Source: Lytechinus pictus (Eukaryota). Taken from it: DNA of 64,000 nt. Below are positions 62,124 to 64,000 of the stretch, piece after piece (positions within the stretch are counted from its first letter, which is position 1; every line of letters begins with the position of its first letter). The position numbers and the translations under genes were made by a program. Under the pieces are notes generated by a model that had not been told where the DNA came from, ran no database searches, and saw nothing but the letters and a program-made list of their open reading frames with translations. Where the stretch lies: assembly GCF_037042905.1 (NCBI RefSeq), contig NC_087245.1, positions 2,110,001-2,174,000 on the forward strand, given 5' to 3'.

Positions 62124-64000
62124 ATGTCTATTTCAACGTCTTGTTCTTTTTGTTTGAGGCAACTCCCTAATTTGAATAATCATGAATGTCCTTTTTGTAA
62201 GGAGAGTTTACAGGAGCATGCTTCTGTGGGGACTGTAGAAAATGATTTTATTAATGATACCTGCTATTATCTGCCACCTCAATTAAATGATCACTTTAGT
62301 TCTTGCCAATATAATCTTAATGACCATAGTACACTGTCAGTTGTGCATTTCAATTGTCGAAGTATTAAGAAAAATTTTGAAAATATTGAATCTCTTTTGT
62401 CTACTTTGAATTTTTCATTCCATATCATAGCTCTGTCTGAGACTTGGCTAATCAATGACGAGACATTTATATTCAGTGGTTACAATTTTGTTGGTACTGG
62501 GCGTAAGAATAAGCGAGGTGGAGGTGTTGGCTTTTTTATTAAACATGGTGTGAGGTTTCATCGGCGCACTGATCTTGATGTTTTTAATGATTCTATTGAG
62601 TCGATTTTTATTGAAGTGTCTCAAAAAGAAAAAAGCTTAATTCTTGCCACAGTGTACAGACCCCCTTCTCAACCTGTCACTGATTTTTTAAACTTTTTTG
62701 AGCCATCGCTCCATAAAATATCAACAGGGCAAAAGGAATGTCAATTGATTGGTGATTTTAATGTTGATTTATTGAATCCCACAATGAATAATGATATTGA
62801 TAAATTTATTGATTTTCTTCTTACATTTTCCTTTACTCCGTTGATTCTTAAACCAACACGGATTACTGATAATTCTGTGACTCTTATTGATAATGTATTT
62901 ACAAACAGGCCTGAATACAACCTTGGTACTGGCATAATTTTAAGTGATGTGAGTGATCACCTGCCTATTTTTACCTTTTCTAAATTTTATAGTTTTCCCC
63001 ATAAATCACTGTGCAATAATGTAAAATATAAGCGTGTTATAAATGAGGTTAATATTTCTAGATTTTGTACTAAATTGCAAACTGTTGACTGGAATATGGT
63101 TCTTGAATTGCCAGATGTTGATATCAAGTTTGATTCATTTATGTTGAGTCTTACTAGTATTTACAACGAATGTTTTCCTCTTCAAACAGTAAAACAAAAT
63201 ATATCTAACAAAAATAAACCCTGGTTTGATTCAGGATTAAAGAAAATGATTAATAAAAAACATCTTTTGTATAGGAAGTATCTTAAAAATCCAACAACGT
63301 ATCGAAAAAATGTTTACTGTACTTATAGAAATCTAGTAACTTGTGAGATACGTAGACACAAGAGAGAATATTATTTTAATTTGTTTAAGAAATCTTGTAA
63401 CAACACAAAAAGTACTTGGAAAATAATTAATCATATTTTGAATCGAGTGAAGAACAAGTTACATTGTCTATGCATTAAGATTGACGATGTACAAATTTTT
63501 GACAAAAATACTATTGTAAATGCATTTAATAATTTTTTCGCTGATGTTGGGAATGACATTGAAAGAACATTACCAGTTGTACAGAATCATTTTTCAGAGT
63601 TCCTTCCTAAGAAATATCATATACATTCTATGTTCATGAATCCAATTGAATGTCATGAAATACTAGAAATTGTAAGACATCTAAAATCTAGTAAAAGTCC
63701 TGGATATGATGATATAGACGTTGACATTATTAAAAAGACTATTTTATTATTTGTAAAACCTTTGTGCAATATTTTTAATTGTTCTTTACAAAACGGGATT
63801 TTTCCAAGTAAGCTTAAGTTAGCGAAAGTTATTCCTGTCTACAAGAAAGGAGATAAATGTGTATTAAATAACTACCGTCCAATTTCAGTACTCTCTACAT
63901 TTTCTAAGATTTTTGAAAAACTTGTTTATACTCGCCTCATGTCATTTCTATGTAGTAATAATATTTTGTATAATAGACAATATGGTTTTAGGAAAAAATA
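62124..64000 (+). CDS. CR1/L2-group LINE pol-like ORF (APE endonuclease plus start of reverse transcriptase), partial at window end
   Basis: ATG 62124, no stop in ~625 codons by manual translation: VVHFNCRSI, IALSETWL, RGGGVGFFIK, VYRPPS, IGDFNVDLL, KPTRIT, LIDNVF, SDHLPI (APE); KSPGYDDI, LKLAKVIPVYKKGD, NYRPISVL, SKIFEKLV, QYGFR (RT). Confidence 0.95.
   Translation, partial: MSISTSCSFCLRQLPNLNNHECPFCKESLQEHASVGTVENDFINDTCYYLPPQLNDHFSSCQYNLNDHSTLSVVHFNCRSIKKNFENIESLLSTLNFSFHIIALSETWLINDETFIFSGYNFVGTGRKNKRGGGVGFFIKHGVRFHRRTDLDVFNDSIESIFIEVSQKEKSLILATVYRPPSQPVTDFLNFFEPSLHKISTGQKECQLIGDFNVDLLNPTMNNDIDKFIDFLLTFSFTPLILKPTRITDNSVTLIDNVFTNRPEYNLGTGIILSDVSDHLPIFTFSKFYSFPHKSLCNNVKYKRVINEVNISRFCTKLQTVDWNMVLELPDVDIKFDSFMLSLTSIYNECFPLQTVKQNISNKNKPWFDSGLKKMINKKHLLYRKYLKNPTTYRKNVYCTYRNLVTCEIRRHKREYYFNLFKKSCNNTKSTWKIINHILNRVKNKLHCLCIKIDDVQIFDKNTIVNAFNNFFADVGNDIERTLPVVQNHFSEFLPKKYHIHSMFMNPIECHEILEIVRHLKSSKSPGYDDIDVDIIKKTILLFVKPLCNIFNCSLQNGIFPSKLKLAKVIPVYKKGDKCVLNNYRPISVLSTFSKIFEKLVYTRLMSFLCSNNILYNRQYGFRKK

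Larger units (their letters stand above)
1135..64000 (+). other. Probable very large first intron (continues past window end)
   Basis: GT donor at 1135. Acceptors checked by eye (2729, 20190, 23171, 55248, 56099) lead to stops in phase 1. A small exon could have been missed. Confidence 0.6.

Overview
AT-rich (~35% GC by eye) metazoan genomic DNA; the repeat repertoire suggests a sea urchin or similar marine invertebrate (inference). A CpG-rich promoter/5' region (~590-1140) holds a first coding exon (999-1134, +) encoding a signal peptide and ending at a phase-1 GT donor. I found no convincing second exon, so the remaining ~63 kb is probably one giant first intron of an unidentified secreted or membrane-protein gene. 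The intron is packed with non-autonomous DNA transposons: TTAA-flanked Kolobok-type MITEs, 3-bp-TSD PIF/Harbinger-type MITEs, hAT-type elements with 8- and 6-bp TSDs, a tandem dimer, Crypton-like and Helentron-like pieces, and several nested insertions. It also holds two tRNA-derived SINEs and CR1/L2-group LINEs, including an uninterrupted endonuclease-RT ORF from 62124 that runs off the window end and is absent from the ORF track. Nearly all ORFs in the supplied track look spurious. The most unusual signals are strong over-representation of TACATGTA and TAGGCCTA (probable excision footprints, one supported by an in-window empty-site comparison), concerted flip/flop hairpin isomers and a hypervariable internal-TIR junction in one young MITE family, and a ~750-bp-arm inverted repeat. 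I did not identify a clearly novel multi-gene system.
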